NCBI GenBank assembly: GCA_964537265.1
Contig: CAZHZE010000002.1
Coordinates: forward strand, 100,861-164,860
Source of the DNA: an uncultured Gammaproteobacteria bacterium
GTDB taxonomy: Bacteria > Patescibacteriota > Patescibacteriia > Patescibacteriales > GWC2-42-12
Length of the DNA stretch: 64,000 nucleotides
Reading direction: 5' to 3'
Under the pieces are notes generated by a model. The model searched no databases and had not been told where the DNA came from. It saw only the letters and a program-made list of their open reading frames with translations. Positions 45,981-55,854 of the stretch are shown here, piece after piece; the stretch's first letter is position 1; each line of letters begins with the position of its first letter. Made by a program: the position numbers and the translations under genes.

Positions 45981-46652
45981 ATGGATAAAAAAATACTAAA
46001 CAATATTGGAGAAAAGAATAAGCAGGTTAATTTATTAAAAGTAAAAATTAATAAATTTTTAATAGAATATTTTAATTATATAATTTTTTCTTTTAGTATT
46101 ATTATTTTAATAATTGGTTTATTTATTTTTATTTATCCTAAATATAAGAAGATTTATGAAGAAAATGAACGGATAAAAAATAATATGCAGGTTGAATATG
46201 AAAAAAAAATTAATTATTTAAATTCTATTCAACAACTAAAAACAATATATCAGTCAATTAGTGAAAATGATAAAAATAAAATTTCTATAATGTTGCCGAC
46301 CTCGAAAGATTCTAGTATTATAATCGCGGAAATAGAATCGATAATAACTAAAAATAGCGCTATTTTAAATTCCATAAAAGTTGAGACGCAAGCTACCGGC
46401 GCAAGATCTAATTATAGAGCTCAAACCAGTGAAGATAAAATATCTTTAGCTGGAATTTTTAGCAATCCGCCCCAAGAAATAGGGTTAATTAAAATTGAAA
46501 TTAAGTTAAGCTCTGTTGATTATCAAATTTTAAAAAATATCATTAAAACCTTTGAAAATAATTTAAGGCTTTTTGATATATCAAAAGTAAGTTTTAATGT
46601 TGGCAAAAGCGAAGCAGTTTTAAATATTTATACCTATTATTTACAGCAATAA
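45981..46652 (+). CDS. PilO-like protein
   Basis: TM, coiled coil, MLP motif, FENNLRLFDI. Confidence 0.7.
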   Translation: MDKKILNNIGEKNKQVNLLKVKINKFLIEYFNYIIFSFSIIILIIGLFIFIYPKYKKIYEENERIKNNMQVEYEKKINYLNSIQQLKTIYQSISENDKNKISIMLPTSKDSSIIIAEIESIITKNSAILNSIKVETQATGARSNYRAQTSEDKISLAGIFSNPPQEIGLIKIEIKLSSVDYQILKNIIKTFENNLRLFDISKVSFNVGKSEAVLNIYTYYLQQ

Positions 46653-46656
46653 ATTT

Positions 46657-47019
46657 ATGCTAGCTCTAAAGAAAATATCTACAAAAAAATTGGCAATTTA
46701 TTTTTTTATTATTTTTTTTATGATTTGCGGTTCGATTTTTATGTTATACCAAAACAAAAAATTAACTGCTTATAAAGTTACAACTATTAATGCTCCGACT
46801 TTGCTTAATAATCAAGCTAAGGTTGGCAATTCAGCAACCTCTAGTTTAATAACGGTTAATAAAACAGCTAGCACTACTAATCAAAATATTAATTTTAATA
46901 ATAGTGATTTTGATTTAAGCATTTTTTCTACAAACAAATTTAAAAACTTACAAGAAACTCAATTTATTATAAAAAGTCAGCCCGAGACGGGTAAAAGAGA
47001 TCCTTTTAAACCAAATTAA
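46657..47019 (+). CDS. Small pilus-associated membrane protein (PilP-like position)
   Basis: TM and C-terminal GKRDPF. Confidence 0.6.
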   Translation: MLALKKISTKKLAIYFFIIFFMICGSIFMLYQNKKLTAYKVTTINAPTLLNNQAKVGNSATSSLITVNKTASTTNQNINFNNSDFDLSIFSTNKFKNLQETQFIIKSQPETGKRDPFKPN

Positions 47020-47021
47020 TT

Positions 47022-48758
47022 ATGAATAAATCGGAAGAATTAATAAATTTATTAATTCAAAATAAATTAATTACAACTGAGCAGTTAGCTGAATTGAAAA
47101 AGAGCCCGAATTTTAATAATAATTCAGAAGAAATTATTATTAAAAGTGGCTTAGTTAATATTGAGGAAATAATAAATTTAAAAGCTAAGGTTTATAATTT
47201 AAATTATAAAAATTTAGCTGGAGTAAAAATTACTGATCAGGTTCTTAATGTAATTCCTCCGGAAGTAGCCGAGAATTATAAAATAATTTGTTTTGAAATA
47301 AGCAGCGGTAAAATGAAAGTAGGGATGATTGACCCGGAAAACTTCAAAGCTATTGAGGCTATAGATTTTTTAGCCAAAGATCAAAATTTACAGCCAGAAT
47401 ATTATTTAATCTCTTTAGTAAGTTTTAAAAATGCTTTAAAATTTTATAAAACTTTAGGCAAAGAAGTATCAAAGGCTTTAAAAACTAAAGAAGAAGAAGA
47501 AAATTTAGAAAAATCTAGAAAAAAAACTGAAAAAGAAGAGGTCGAAGAGGTAACTAAGTCTGCGCCAGTATCAAAAATAGTATCTGTAATTATTAGACAC
47601 GCGGTTGAAGGAAGAGCTTCTGATATACATATTGAGCCCATGCAAAACGAAAGCCGTGTTAGATATAGAATAGATGGCATTTTGCATAATTCTTTAGTTT
47701 TGCCCAAAACTGTTCATGGTGCTATTGTAGGCAGAATTAAAGTCTTGGCCAACTTAAAACTTGACGAAACTAGAATGCCACAAGATGGCAGAATCAGAAT
47801 AAATATCGATAATAAAGATATTGATTTAAGAATTTCAGTAATGCCTTTATTAGATGAAGAAAAAGTAGTGATGAGAATTTTAGATGTTAGCAAAGGGGCC
47901 CCGACTTTAGAAGAATTGGGTTTTATGGGTTCAGGGCTAAAAATAATAAAAAAGAATATAAAAAAAACAGATGGCATGCTATTAGTAACAGGACCGACTG
48001 GTTCTGGAAAATCAACTACTTTATTTTCTGTTTTAACCGGCCTAAATAAAGAAGGAGTTAATATTTCTACACTTGAAGATCCTATTGAATATTTTATACA
48101 AGGCATTAATCAATCGCAGGTCAAACCGGAAATTGGCTTTACTTTTGCTTCAGGCTTGCGTTCGCTTTTGCGCCAAGATCCTAATGTTATAATGGTAGGC
48201 GAGATTAGAGATAATGAAACAGCTGAATTAGGCATCCACGCTAGTTTGACCGGTCATTTTATGCTTTCTACTTTACACACTAACGACGCCTTAGGAGCTA
48301 TACCTAGACTTCTAGATATGGCCGTAGAGCCATTTTTGCTTGGCTCAACTTTAAATTGCATAGTAGCGCAAAGATTGGCTAGAAAAATTTGTGATAATTG
48401 CAAAGAGGAACATAAATTACCAGAAGATATTATAAGCGATATTAAAAAAGAGCTAGCTAAAACCCCGCCAGTAGCAATAAAAGAAATGATTCCGGATTTT
48501 GATTTAAAAAAAATAAAATTTTATAAAGGTAAAGGTTGTACTAATTGCGGTGGGATAGGTTATACCGGCAGAATCGCTTTAGTCGAAGTGCTTGATGTTG
48601 ATGACAAAATAAAAGAGCTTATTATAAATAAAGTTAATTTAACCATTGAGGATTTAGCAAAAAAACAAAATTTTATTACTATGAAGCAAGACGGCATATT
48701 AAAGGCTTTATTAGGCCTAACTACCATAGAAGAAGTTTTAAGAACGATACATATATAA
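47022..48758 (+). CDS. pilB: Type IV pilus extension ATPase PilB/GspE
   Basis: ASDIHIEP, PQDGR, GPTGSGKSTT, LRQDPNVIMVGEIRD, STLHTND, Zn-binding Cys motifs. Confidence 0.95.
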   Translation: MNKSEELINLLIQNKLITTEQLAELKKSPNFNNNSEEIIIKSGLVNIEEIINLKAKVYNLNYKNLAGVKITDQVLNVIPPEVAENYKIICFEISSGKMKVGMIDPENFKAIEAIDFLAKDQNLQPEYYLISLVSFKNALKFYKTLGKEVSKALKTKEEEENLEKSRKKTEKEEVEEVTKSAPVSKIVSVIIRHAVEGRASDIHIEPMQNESRVRYRIDGILHNSLVLPKTVHGAIVGRIKVLANLKLDETRMPQDGRIRINIDNKDIDLRISVMPLLDEEKVVMRILDVSKGAPTLEELGFMGSGLKIIKKNIKKTDGMLLVTGPTGSGKSTTLFSVLTGLNKEGVNISTLEDPIEYFIQGINQSQVKPEIGFTFASGLRSLLRQDPNVIMVGEIRDNETAELGIHASLTGHFMLSTLHTNDALGAIPRLLDMAVEPFLLGSTLNCIVAQRLARKICDNCKEEHKLPEDIISDIKKELAKTPPVAIKEMIPDFDLKKIKFYKGKGCTNCGGIGYTGRIALVEVLDVDDKIKELIINKVNLTIEDLAKKQNFITMKQDGILKALLGLTTIEEVLRTIHI

Positions 48759-48802
48759 TTTTATAATATTGATTTTAAAAAAGTTTTTTAATATTTTAAA
48801 AT

Positions 48803-49183
48803 ATGGCGAAAAATAAAATAAAAATTCTTTTAGTGGAAGACGATTCTTTTTTGCTTAGTATGTATGCTACCAAATTCGAGCTGGAAGATTTTAAAGTTGT
48901 TATGGCTGAAGACGGAGAAAAGGCGATTCGTTTAGCTACAAAAGAAATGCCGGACATAGTTCTTCTAGATATTCTGTTGCCTAAATTAGACGGTTTTGAA
49001 GTTTTACGTAAACTCAAAGAAAATTCCGAAACAGCCAAAATTCCGGTTATATTATTAACTAATTTGAGCCAAAAAGATGAAATAGAACAAGCCTTAAAGA
49101 TGGGTGCGGAAGATTATTTAATTAAAGCGCATTTTATGCCGTCAGAAGTAGTTGAAAAAATAAAAAAAATATTAAAGTTATAA
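48803..49183 (+). CDS. Single-domain response regulator (CheY-like receiver)
   Basis: ILLVEDD, LLDILLP, LTN, YLIK. Confidence 0.93.
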   Translation: MAKNKIKILLVEDDSFLLSMYATKFELEDFKVVMAEDGEKAIRLATKEMPDIVLLDILLPKLDGFEVLRKLKENSETAKIPVILLTNLSQKDEIEQALKMGAEDYLIKAHFMPSEVVEKIKKILKL

Positions 49184-49258
49184 GGTTCATAAAATCATAA
49201 AGTCTAAAGTCATAATATTTTTATAGATTTTTAACTTTAAGATTTTAAACTAATTTTT

Positions 49259-50293
49259 ATGGAAGTTCCATCAATTTTTCTAAATAGAATACTTTCAGAA
49301 ATGGTTCAAAAAAGCGGTTCTGATTTGCATTTGGCCGTTGGCAGTCCGCCCATGGTTAGAATAAACGGTCAATTTTCAGCCATGGCTGGCCAGGATATGG
49401 TTACTAGTGAAATTATTAATAAAATTACCGAGACTTTTTTAAATCCGGAAGAAATAGTTAAATTAAAAGAGAAAAAAGGCATAATTTTTGTAAAAAATAT
49501 TTCTAATTTTCGTTTTAGAATAAATGTTTTTTATCAAAAAGGTTTGTTGGCTTTATCTTTCCATTATATTCCTGGCGTTATAAAAAGTTTTAAAGAATTA
49601 GGTTTAGTCGAGTCATGCAATAATTTTTTTCAAATGAATTCCGGTCTTTTAGTTGTGGCCGGGCCATATCATTCAGGTAAAACAACCACCGCGGTTTCTT
49701 TTATTGAGGAACTTAATAAAACTAAATTTTTAAATATTGTTACCATTGAAGATCCGATTGAATATTTATTTGTCAGTAAATCCAGCCTAATTATGCAAAG
49801 ACAGGTAGGCACAGATGTTAATAGTTTAAGCGAAGCTTTGGATTATTGTTTAAGCGAAGATGTTAACGTAGTTTATATTAATGAAATAAGAGATGTTAAA
49901 ATTTTTAGCGAAGCTATGCCAAAAATTTTTGAATTAGCTTCTGGTAACTGCTTAATCATATTAGAAATTAATGCTGATAGCTCAGAAAGGGTTTTAGAAA
50001 AAATTTTAGCCGGAGTTTCGACCAGCCTGCCAATTGAAGCGGCGCGTTATAATCTAGCTGATATTTTAAATGGCGTTTTAGTTAATAAATTAGTGAAACG
50101 TCGAGGCGGAGGTTTGGCTTTGGCCAATGAATTATTATTAAATAGTTCAGCCACCAAGTCTTTAATTCGAGAAGGCAAGATTTATCAATTAGAAAGCGTT
50201 ATTCAGACATCAAAGAAGGAAGGCATGATCAGCATGGAAAAATCTCTTAGCAATTTAATTGAGTCAGGCGAAGTTAGAAGGGAAGATATATAA
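49259..50293 (+). CDS. PilT/PilU-like ATPase, degenerate
   Basis: SDLHL, RFRINVF, GPYHSGKTTT, TIEDPIEY, LIREGK; His box is replaced. Confidence 0.85.
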   Translation: MEVPSIFLNRILSEMVQKSGSDLHLAVGSPPMVRINGQFSAMAGQDMVTSEIINKITETFLNPEEIVKLKEKKGIIFVKNISNFRFRINVFYQKGLLALSFHYIPGVIKSFKELGLVESCNNFFQMNSGLLVVAGPYHSGKTTTAVSFIEELNKTKFLNIVTIEDPIEYLFVSKSSLIMQRQVGTDVNSLSEALDYCLSEDVNVVYINEIRDVKIFSEAMPKIFELASGNCLIILEINADSSERVLEKILAGVSTSLPIEAARYNLADILNGVLVNKLVKRRGGGLALANELLLNSSATKSLIREGKIYQLESVIQTSKKEGMISMEKSLSNLIESGEVRREDI

Positions 50294-50333
50294 TTAATTT
50301 TCAATTTTAAATTATCAATTTTCAATTAATGGT

Positions 50334-51539
50334 ATGCCAATTTTTAGATACAAAGCTTTTAATAAAGATAAAAAAATACAAGAAGGCATGGTTGAGGCGG
50401 TCAGCAAAGAATATGTGGGAGAAATTTTGGCTGAAAAAGGTTTTTCAATTGTTTCTATTTCTGAAGTTTCTTCAGGTAAAAAATTATTAAATTTAGATTT
50501 TTTAAATAGAATAAAGATAAAAGACATAGTTATTTTTTCTCGACAATTTTCAGTTTTGATTTCAGCTAATGTTTCCATGGTGCAGGCATTAAAGATATTG
50601 GTTGATCAGACTAATAATATAAATTTGAAAATGATAATTTCCGAAGTGGCCGATGAAGTTGATTCCGGCTCAACCCTATCTGAATCTTTAGGAAAAAGGA
50701 GCAATGTCTTTGATAATTTTTATGTAAGCGTTATAAAGTCTGGAGAAACTTCCGGGAAACTGGATGAAGTATTAAGTTATTTGGCTGATGAAATGGAAAA
50801 AGATTATGATATGATGAGTAAGATTAAGGGAGCTATGATTTATCCGGCTTTTGTTTTAGCCTCTTTATTAGTAGTTGGTATAGTTATGATGATTTTTGTT
50901 GTACCAAAGCTTACCGGGATTTTAACAGAGAGCGGAGCAGCTTTACCCATAACGACAAGAATTTTAATAGGCACTTCCGATTTTATGCAAAAATATTGGT
51001 GGGTAATTATTATAATAGCAGCGAGCTTAATTTTTGCTTTTAAATGGTATGTTAAAAAACCTCAGGGTAGAAAGCAAATTGATAATTTAAAATTAAAATT
51101 GCCAATTTTTGGGCGTCTATTCCAATTAATTTATTTAGTTCGTTTTACTCGTTCTATGAATACTTTAATTGTCGGCGGCGTGACTATAGATAATAGTTTA
51201 AAAGTTACAGCTGAAATAGTGGGAAATAAAATTTATCAGGAATTAATAGAAGAAACAGTTAAAGAAGTTGAGGATGGCAATTCAATTTCCAGCGTTTTTA
51301 TTAAAAGCAAAGCCATACCTAAAATGGTTTCGCAGATGTTAAATATCGGAGAAAAAACCGGTAAGATGGATATTATTTTAGAAAGAATAACAAATTTTTA
51401 TGGCAGAGAGATTTCCAATATGGTAGCTAATTTAATGACTTTGATGGAGCCTTTAATAATGGTGGTCATGGGTATAGCTGTAGGTATTATGGTAGCGGCA
51501 GTAATTTTGCCTATGTATAATTTAGCCAGTAATTTTTAA
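50334..51539 (+). CDS. pilC: Type IV pilus platform protein PilC/GspF
   Basis: FSRQFSVL, GETSGKLD, AMIYP, GEKTGK, LMEP, ILPMY. Confidence 0.95.
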   Translation: MPIFRYKAFNKDKKIQEGMVEAVSKEYVGEILAEKGFSIVSISEVSSGKKLLNLDFLNRIKIKDIVIFSRQFSVLISANVSMVQALKILVDQTNNINLKMIISEVADEVDSGSTLSESLGKRSNVFDNFYVSVIKSGETSGKLDEVLSYLADEMEKDYDMMSKIKGAMIYPAFVLASLLVVGIVMMIFVVPKLTGILTESGAALPITTRILIGTSDFMQKYWWVIIIIAASLIFAFKWYVKKPQGRKQIDNLKLKLPIFGRLFQLIYLVRFTRSMNTLIVGGVTIDNSLKVTAEIVGNKIYQELIEETVKEVEDGNSISSVFIKSKAIPKMVSQMLNIGEKTGKMDIILERITNFYGREISNMVANLMTLMEPLIMVVMGIAVGIMVAAVILPMYNLASNF

Positions 51540-51558
51540 TAATTAATTTTAAATAACT

Positions 51559-52035
51559 ATGCAACAAAAAAAACAAAATTTAAAAGGTTTTACTTTAATT
51601 GAACTTTTGGTGGTAATTAGTATTATCGGCATTTTATCTTCTTTGGCTGTAGTTTCGCTTAATAGCGCTAGAAATAAAGCTAGAGATGCATTAAGAAAAG
51701 CCGATATGGCCCAAATGAGAACCGCCTTAAATTTGTATTATGACAGCACTACTCGTTATCCTATTTGCGGTACATGGGATGATGCCGCTGCTGATTTTGG
51801 AGCTAATGTTAGCGCCGGTTCAGCCTGCTATATTGGTGCTTTTAAAACAGCTTTAACCACTGGCTCAAAACCATTTTTAGGGCAATTACCTAAAGATCCA
51901 AAAAATCCAAACAATGATCCGGCCGTTGATTCTACTTATATCTATCGTTATGTTAGCAAGTCTGATGGAAGTGAGTATGCTTTAGTTTATCGCGTTGAAG
52001 AAAATACGAGCTTACAGGTTATAAGAGGTTGGTAA
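51559..52035 (+). CDS. Type IV prepilin
   Basis: KGFTLIELLVVISIIGIL class III signal. Confidence 0.93.
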   Translation: MQQKKQNLKGFTLIELLVVISIIGILSSLAVVSLNSARNKARDALRKADMAQMRTALNLYYDSTTRYPICGTWDDAAADFGANVSAGSACYIGAFKTALTTGSKPFLGQLPKDPKNPNNDPAVDSTYIYRYVSKSDGSEYALVYRVEENTSLQVIRGW

Positions 52036-52054
52036 TGCAAAATTTTAATTTTTG

Positions 52055-52185
52055 TGGTATAATTGTGGATAAGTACAATCATGCGCTTGCTAAGCGCTAT
52101 TGTAAATATAATTTATAATTTCACGATTAAATTCCCATGCTTGTCTTTGGGCATATATTCGTGCATACCAGAAGGGAGGTGAATC
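52055..52185 (+). promoter_or_regulatory. Pilin promoter/leader: extended -10, DnaA-box-like 9-mer, hairpins, strong SD
   Basis: TGGTATAAT at 52055-63, TGTGGATAA at 52064-72, GGAGGTGA before ATG 52186. Confidence 0.6.
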
Positions 52186-52599
52186 ATGAGAAAACAAAAA
52201 GGTTTTACTTTAATTGAATTATTAGTGGTTATTGCCATTATTGGTTTGTTGTCAACTTTAGCTGTAGTAGCTTTAAATAACGCCAGAATGAAATCAAGAG
52301 ATGCTAAACGCGTTTCTGATGTAAAGCAGATTCAAACAGCTTTGGAGTTATATTATAATGACCAAAACGCTTATCCGGCTTCATTAGGAACTTCAATCGC
52401 TGCTGGCGGTGTTACTTATATGGCTAGCGTTCCTACTAATCCATCTCCGGAAAATGATGGTGACTGCCCAGATGCAGGAACTTATAATTATACAGCCGGA
52501 ACCGGTAATACTACCTATACTTTATCTTATTGTTTAGGCGGTACTACTGGGGGAGTGAATTCAGGCACTCATACCGCAGTACCAGGCAGTATCCAATAA
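52186..52599 (+). CDS. Type IV prepilin, probable major pilin
   Basis: KGFTLIELLVVIAIIGLL; own promoter, strong SD and terminator. Confidence 0.93.
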   Translation: MRKQKGFTLIELLVVIAIIGLLSTLAVVALNNARMKSRDAKRVSDVKQIQTALELYYNDQNAYPASLGTSIAAGGVTYMASVPTNPSPENDGDCPDAGTYNYTAGTGNTTYTLSYCLGGTTGGVNSGTHTAVPGSIQ

Positions 52600-52634
52600 T
52601 AAAAATCTTTAAAAGGGTCCTATTAAGGGTTTAT

Positions 52635-52667
52635 AAAAAAGAGCGGGTTATATATCCCGCTCTTTTT
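52635..52667 (+). terminator. Intrinsic terminator after pilin
   Basis: aaaaaagagcggg-ttatatat-cccgctcttttt. Confidence 0.8.
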
Positions 52668-52715
52668 GTAAAGTATTATTTATAATGGTAAAATTAATAT
52701 ATCTTTTTCAATAAT

Positions 52716-55025
52716 ATGAATAAAGAAAAGATTTTAAAAATTTGCGGCTTATTTATTGAATATGGAATTTTATCTATAGTTTTTTTTGTTCCTATGATTT
52801 TTGATTATAGTTTTACCAGCTATAATTGCTTTGATCTTTATAAAGTAATTTTTTTTAGGGTAGTTTTATTTTTAATTCTGATTGCTTTTATTGTTAAAAT
52901 TTTTATAAAAGAAGAATTTATTTATCGTGGCAGCTTTAAAATTTTTTTATTAATTGGATTTTTATTGACATCATTTTTTATTAGTTCTTTTTTTTCTCTT
53001 GACCCCAACCAAAGTTTTTGGGGAAATTTTTTAAGGCAACAAGGTTTTTATAATTTCTTTTGTTATTTGTTATTTTTTGTTTTATTAATATTAAATATTG
53101 AAAATTACAAGCAGATTAAAAATTTAATTTTAGCAGTAGTTTTTTCATCATTTTTTATTTCATCTTACGGCTTAATCCAATATGTAGGGCTCGATCCTTT
53201 CGTTTGGTCGGAAAGCGCTTTTAAATCGGGTAGAATTTTTTCCAACCTGGGGCAGCCTAATTTTTTAGGCCATTGGTTAATAATTGTTTTACCGCTTACT
53301 TTTTATTCGCTGATTTTTATAGCTAAAAAAAATTTGGCAAAGTTTTTTATAGGTTTGGTTTTATTAATGCAATTAATTTGTTTAATTTTTACTTATTCTC
53401 GGGCTGCTTGGTTGGGTTTTTTGGGCGCGATTATTTTTTTAATTATTTTTTGGTTATTTTATAAAGGATTTAAAAAAATCTTTTTTACTTTTATAGGTTT
53501 TTTATTAGTTTCTTTTATTTTTATTATTGCCTGGAACGTAGTTGTTAAAAATAAGCAATTTTCACCTGACGGCGCTGGTATAATTAATCGTCTTCAAAGC
53601 ATAGTTGAATTTAACAGCGGGTCTAATAAGATGAGACTTTATTATTTAAAATCGGCTGTTGAGGAGATAAAAAAGGAAAATTATCAGAGATTAATAATAG
53701 GTTATGGGCCGGAAGTTTTAGCCGATGTTTTTATAAATTATTATAAAATTGATTGGGGTGTATATGAGTCAATTAATAGTTTTCCCGATCGAGCTCATAA
53801 TTGGCTGTTTGATAAAATTTTAGCCTTAGGATTTTTGGGTTTGGCCGTTACTTTAGTTTTTTATATCTATCTAATTTATAAGGGCATTATTTTTTTACTG
53901 GCTAAAAAACATTTACAGCCAGAAGATTGGTTGGTGGTGTTTTTATTTTCTTCCCTGGTCGCTTACTTTATAAATAATTTATTTAGCTTTTCTTTATTTA
54001 CGGTTTTAATCTATTTGCATTTTATTTTAGCAGTTTATTGGATCATAATAAGCCGTGAAACAGAAATTAAAATTTTTAGAATTAAACTAACATTTTTTTC
54101 CAAGATAGTAATTTTTTGTTCATTAATTTTAGCAGCGGGCGTTTTTATTTATACTAAAAACATAAATCAAGTTAGGGCGGAAATTTATTATATTAAAGCC
54201 TTAAATTCGGTTAAATCTTCTAATTGTGCCGGCTTAATTAATAATATGGAAAAAGTTATGGGCATAGATCCAAAAAATTATTATTATCGTGAAAATTATC
54301 TTTTTTTAATGTTTAATTGTTTTTCTAGTATTAATAATAAATCAATTCAAAAACAATTAAGCGATAATATGCTTTATAACATAAATTTATTTAGTGATAG
54401 AAAAACTTATGGTATTTTACATAATACTGCTCGTATCTACAGCTTGTTAGGATCGCATCTTAATAAAGATTATTATTTTGAAGCGGAAAGAATATATAAT
54501 TATTTAATAAAAATGTTTCCTTATTTTACCGGAGTTTATGAGGATTTGGCTAAGCAAAAAATAGCGCAAGAAGATTATATTGGCGCTGTGGAAGTTTTAA
54601 ATAAAGAATTAAAAATTTTACCTTCGATTAATGATTCTTATTTAAATGAACAACATCGCCAACAAATTATATATATTATTGTTAGATTATATGAGAATTT
54701 GGGCCAAGCTTATTTTAAGATGAAAAATTATGATTTAGCTTTTGAAGCCTATGACCAGGGTTTAAAATTAGATCCTTACAGAGCGACTTTGTATAAAAAT
54801 ATTGCCGACATTTATTATTTACGAAATCAATTAGACGAGGCTATTAAATTAAATCAGCGAGGCTTTATGTTAAATCCGTCTGATTATCATTGGCCGTTGG
54901 CTCTATCACTTTTATATCGCGATAAAAAGGATTTGCAAACTGCAAAAGAATATTTAAATAAAGCTTTAGAATTGGCGCCGGACAATAAGGAATTAAAAAA
55001 ATATCAAGAAGAGTTAAATAAATGA
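52716..55025 (+). CDS. O-antigen ligase (Wzy_C)-family membrane protein with C-terminal TPRs
   Basis: SNLGQPNFLG, TYSRAAWLG, IGYGPE, DRAHNW; TPR motifs near the C-terminus. Confidence 0.88.
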   Translation: MNKEKILKICGLFIEYGILSIVFFVPMIFDYSFTSYNCFDLYKVIFFRVVLFLILIAFIVKIFIKEEFIYRGSFKIFLLIGFLLTSFFISSFFSLDPNQSFWGNFLRQQGFYNFFCYLLFFVLLILNIENYKQIKNLILAVVFSSFFISSYGLIQYVGLDPFVWSESAFKSGRIFSNLGQPNFLGHWLIIVLPLTFYSLIFIAKKNLAKFFIGLVLLMQLICLIFTYSRAAWLGFLGAIIFLIIFWLFYKGFKKIFFTFIGFLLVSFIFIIAWNVVVKNKQFSPDGAGIINRLQSIVEFNSGSNKMRLYYLKSAVEEIKKENYQRLIIGYGPEVLADVFINYYKIDWGVYESINSFPDRAHNWLFDKILALGFLGLAVTLVFYIYLIYKGIIFLLAKKHLQPEDWLVVFLFSSLVAYFINNLFSFSLFTVLIYLHFILAVYWIIISRETEIKIFRIKLTFFSKIVIFCSLILAAGVFIYTKNINQVRAEIYYIKALNSVKSSNCAGLINNMEKVMGIDPKNYYYRENYLFLMFNCFSSINNKSIQKQLSDNMLYNINLFSDRKTYGILHNTARIYSLLGSHLNKDYYFEAERIYNYLIKMFPYFTGVYEDLAKQKIAQEDYIGAVEVLNKELKILPSINDSYLNEQHRQQIIYIIVRLYENLGQAYFKMKNYDLAFEAYDQGLKLDPYRATLYKNIADIYYLRNQLDEAIKLNQRGFMLNPSDYHWPLALSLLYRDKKDLQTAKEYLNKALELAPDNKELKKYQEELNK

Positions 55026-55074
55026 ATTTTAATTACTAATTTTTAATATTTAAATATTATTTAAAAATTATTTT

Positions 55075-55845
55075 ATGCCTATAATTTTAATTTTCATCTT
55101 TGTTTTCGGTCTTATTATTGGCTCTTTTTTAAATTGTTTAATTTGGCGTTTGCATAAAAAAGAAAGTTTGATGGGCCGGTCCTATTGCCCGAAATGCAGA
55201 AAAAATATTGCTTGGTATGATAATATTCCGGTTTTAAGTTTTATGGCCTTAGGTGGCCGTTGCCGCCATTGTAGAGAAAAAATATCCTGGCAGTATCCTT
55301 TGGTGGAATTAATAACCGGCATTTTATTTTTAATGGTTTTTTATTTTAATTATCAATCACCAATTACCAATTACCAATTATTAATTAATATTTTACGTGA
55401 TTGGTTTATAATTGCTGTGATGATTGTTATTTTTATTTATGATTTACGCTGGTATTTGATTTTAGATATAGTAACTTTACCGGCTTGTTTTATTATTTTT
55501 GTTTTAAATTTAATATTAGGTTTTAATTTGTGGAATTTACTAATTTCTGGTATAATAGGAGGTAGCTTTTTCTTAATTCAATTTGTTATTTCTAGCGGAA
55601 AATGGATTGGCGGAGGCGATATAAGGCTGGGGTTACTTATAGGTCTAGCTTTAGGTTGGCCAGGAGTTTTAACAGCGATAATTATTTCTTATTTTATAGG
55701 CTCAATCGTCGGCTTAGGTTTAATAGCGGCCGGCAAAAAACAGTGGGGTTCAGAAGTGCCTTTGGGAATTTTTTTAACCGTAGGCGCAATTATTACTTTA
55801 TTTTGGCAAATGCAAATTTTAAATTGGTATTTTAATATATTTTAA
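55075..55845 (+). CDS. pilD: Prepilin peptidase
   Basis: GSFLN, RSYCPKC, NIPVLSF, GRCRHC, IYD, GGGD, PLGIFL. Confidence 0.93.
   Translation: MPIILIFIFVFGLIIGSFLNCLIWRLHKKESLMGRSYCPKCRKNIAWYDNIPVLSFMALGGRCRHCREKISWQYPLVELITGILFLMVFYFNYQSPITNYQLLINILRDWFIIAVMIVIFIYDLRWYLILDIVTLPACFIIFVLNLILGFNLWNLLISGIIGGSFFLIQFVISSGKWIGGGDIRLGLLIGLALGWPGVLTAIIISYFIGSIVGLGLIAAGKKQWGSEVPLGIFLTVGAIITLFWQMQILNWYFNIF
55348..55386. repeat. In-frame heptamer array in pilD
   Basis: aattatc-aatcacc-aattacc-aattacc-aattatt; encodes NYQSPITNYQLL. Confidence 0.7.
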
Positions 55846-55854
55846 TTATTTAAT

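Noticed and set aside
52064-52072. Replication origin
   Set aside because: Only one DnaA box, with no cluster or dnaA/dnaN nearby.
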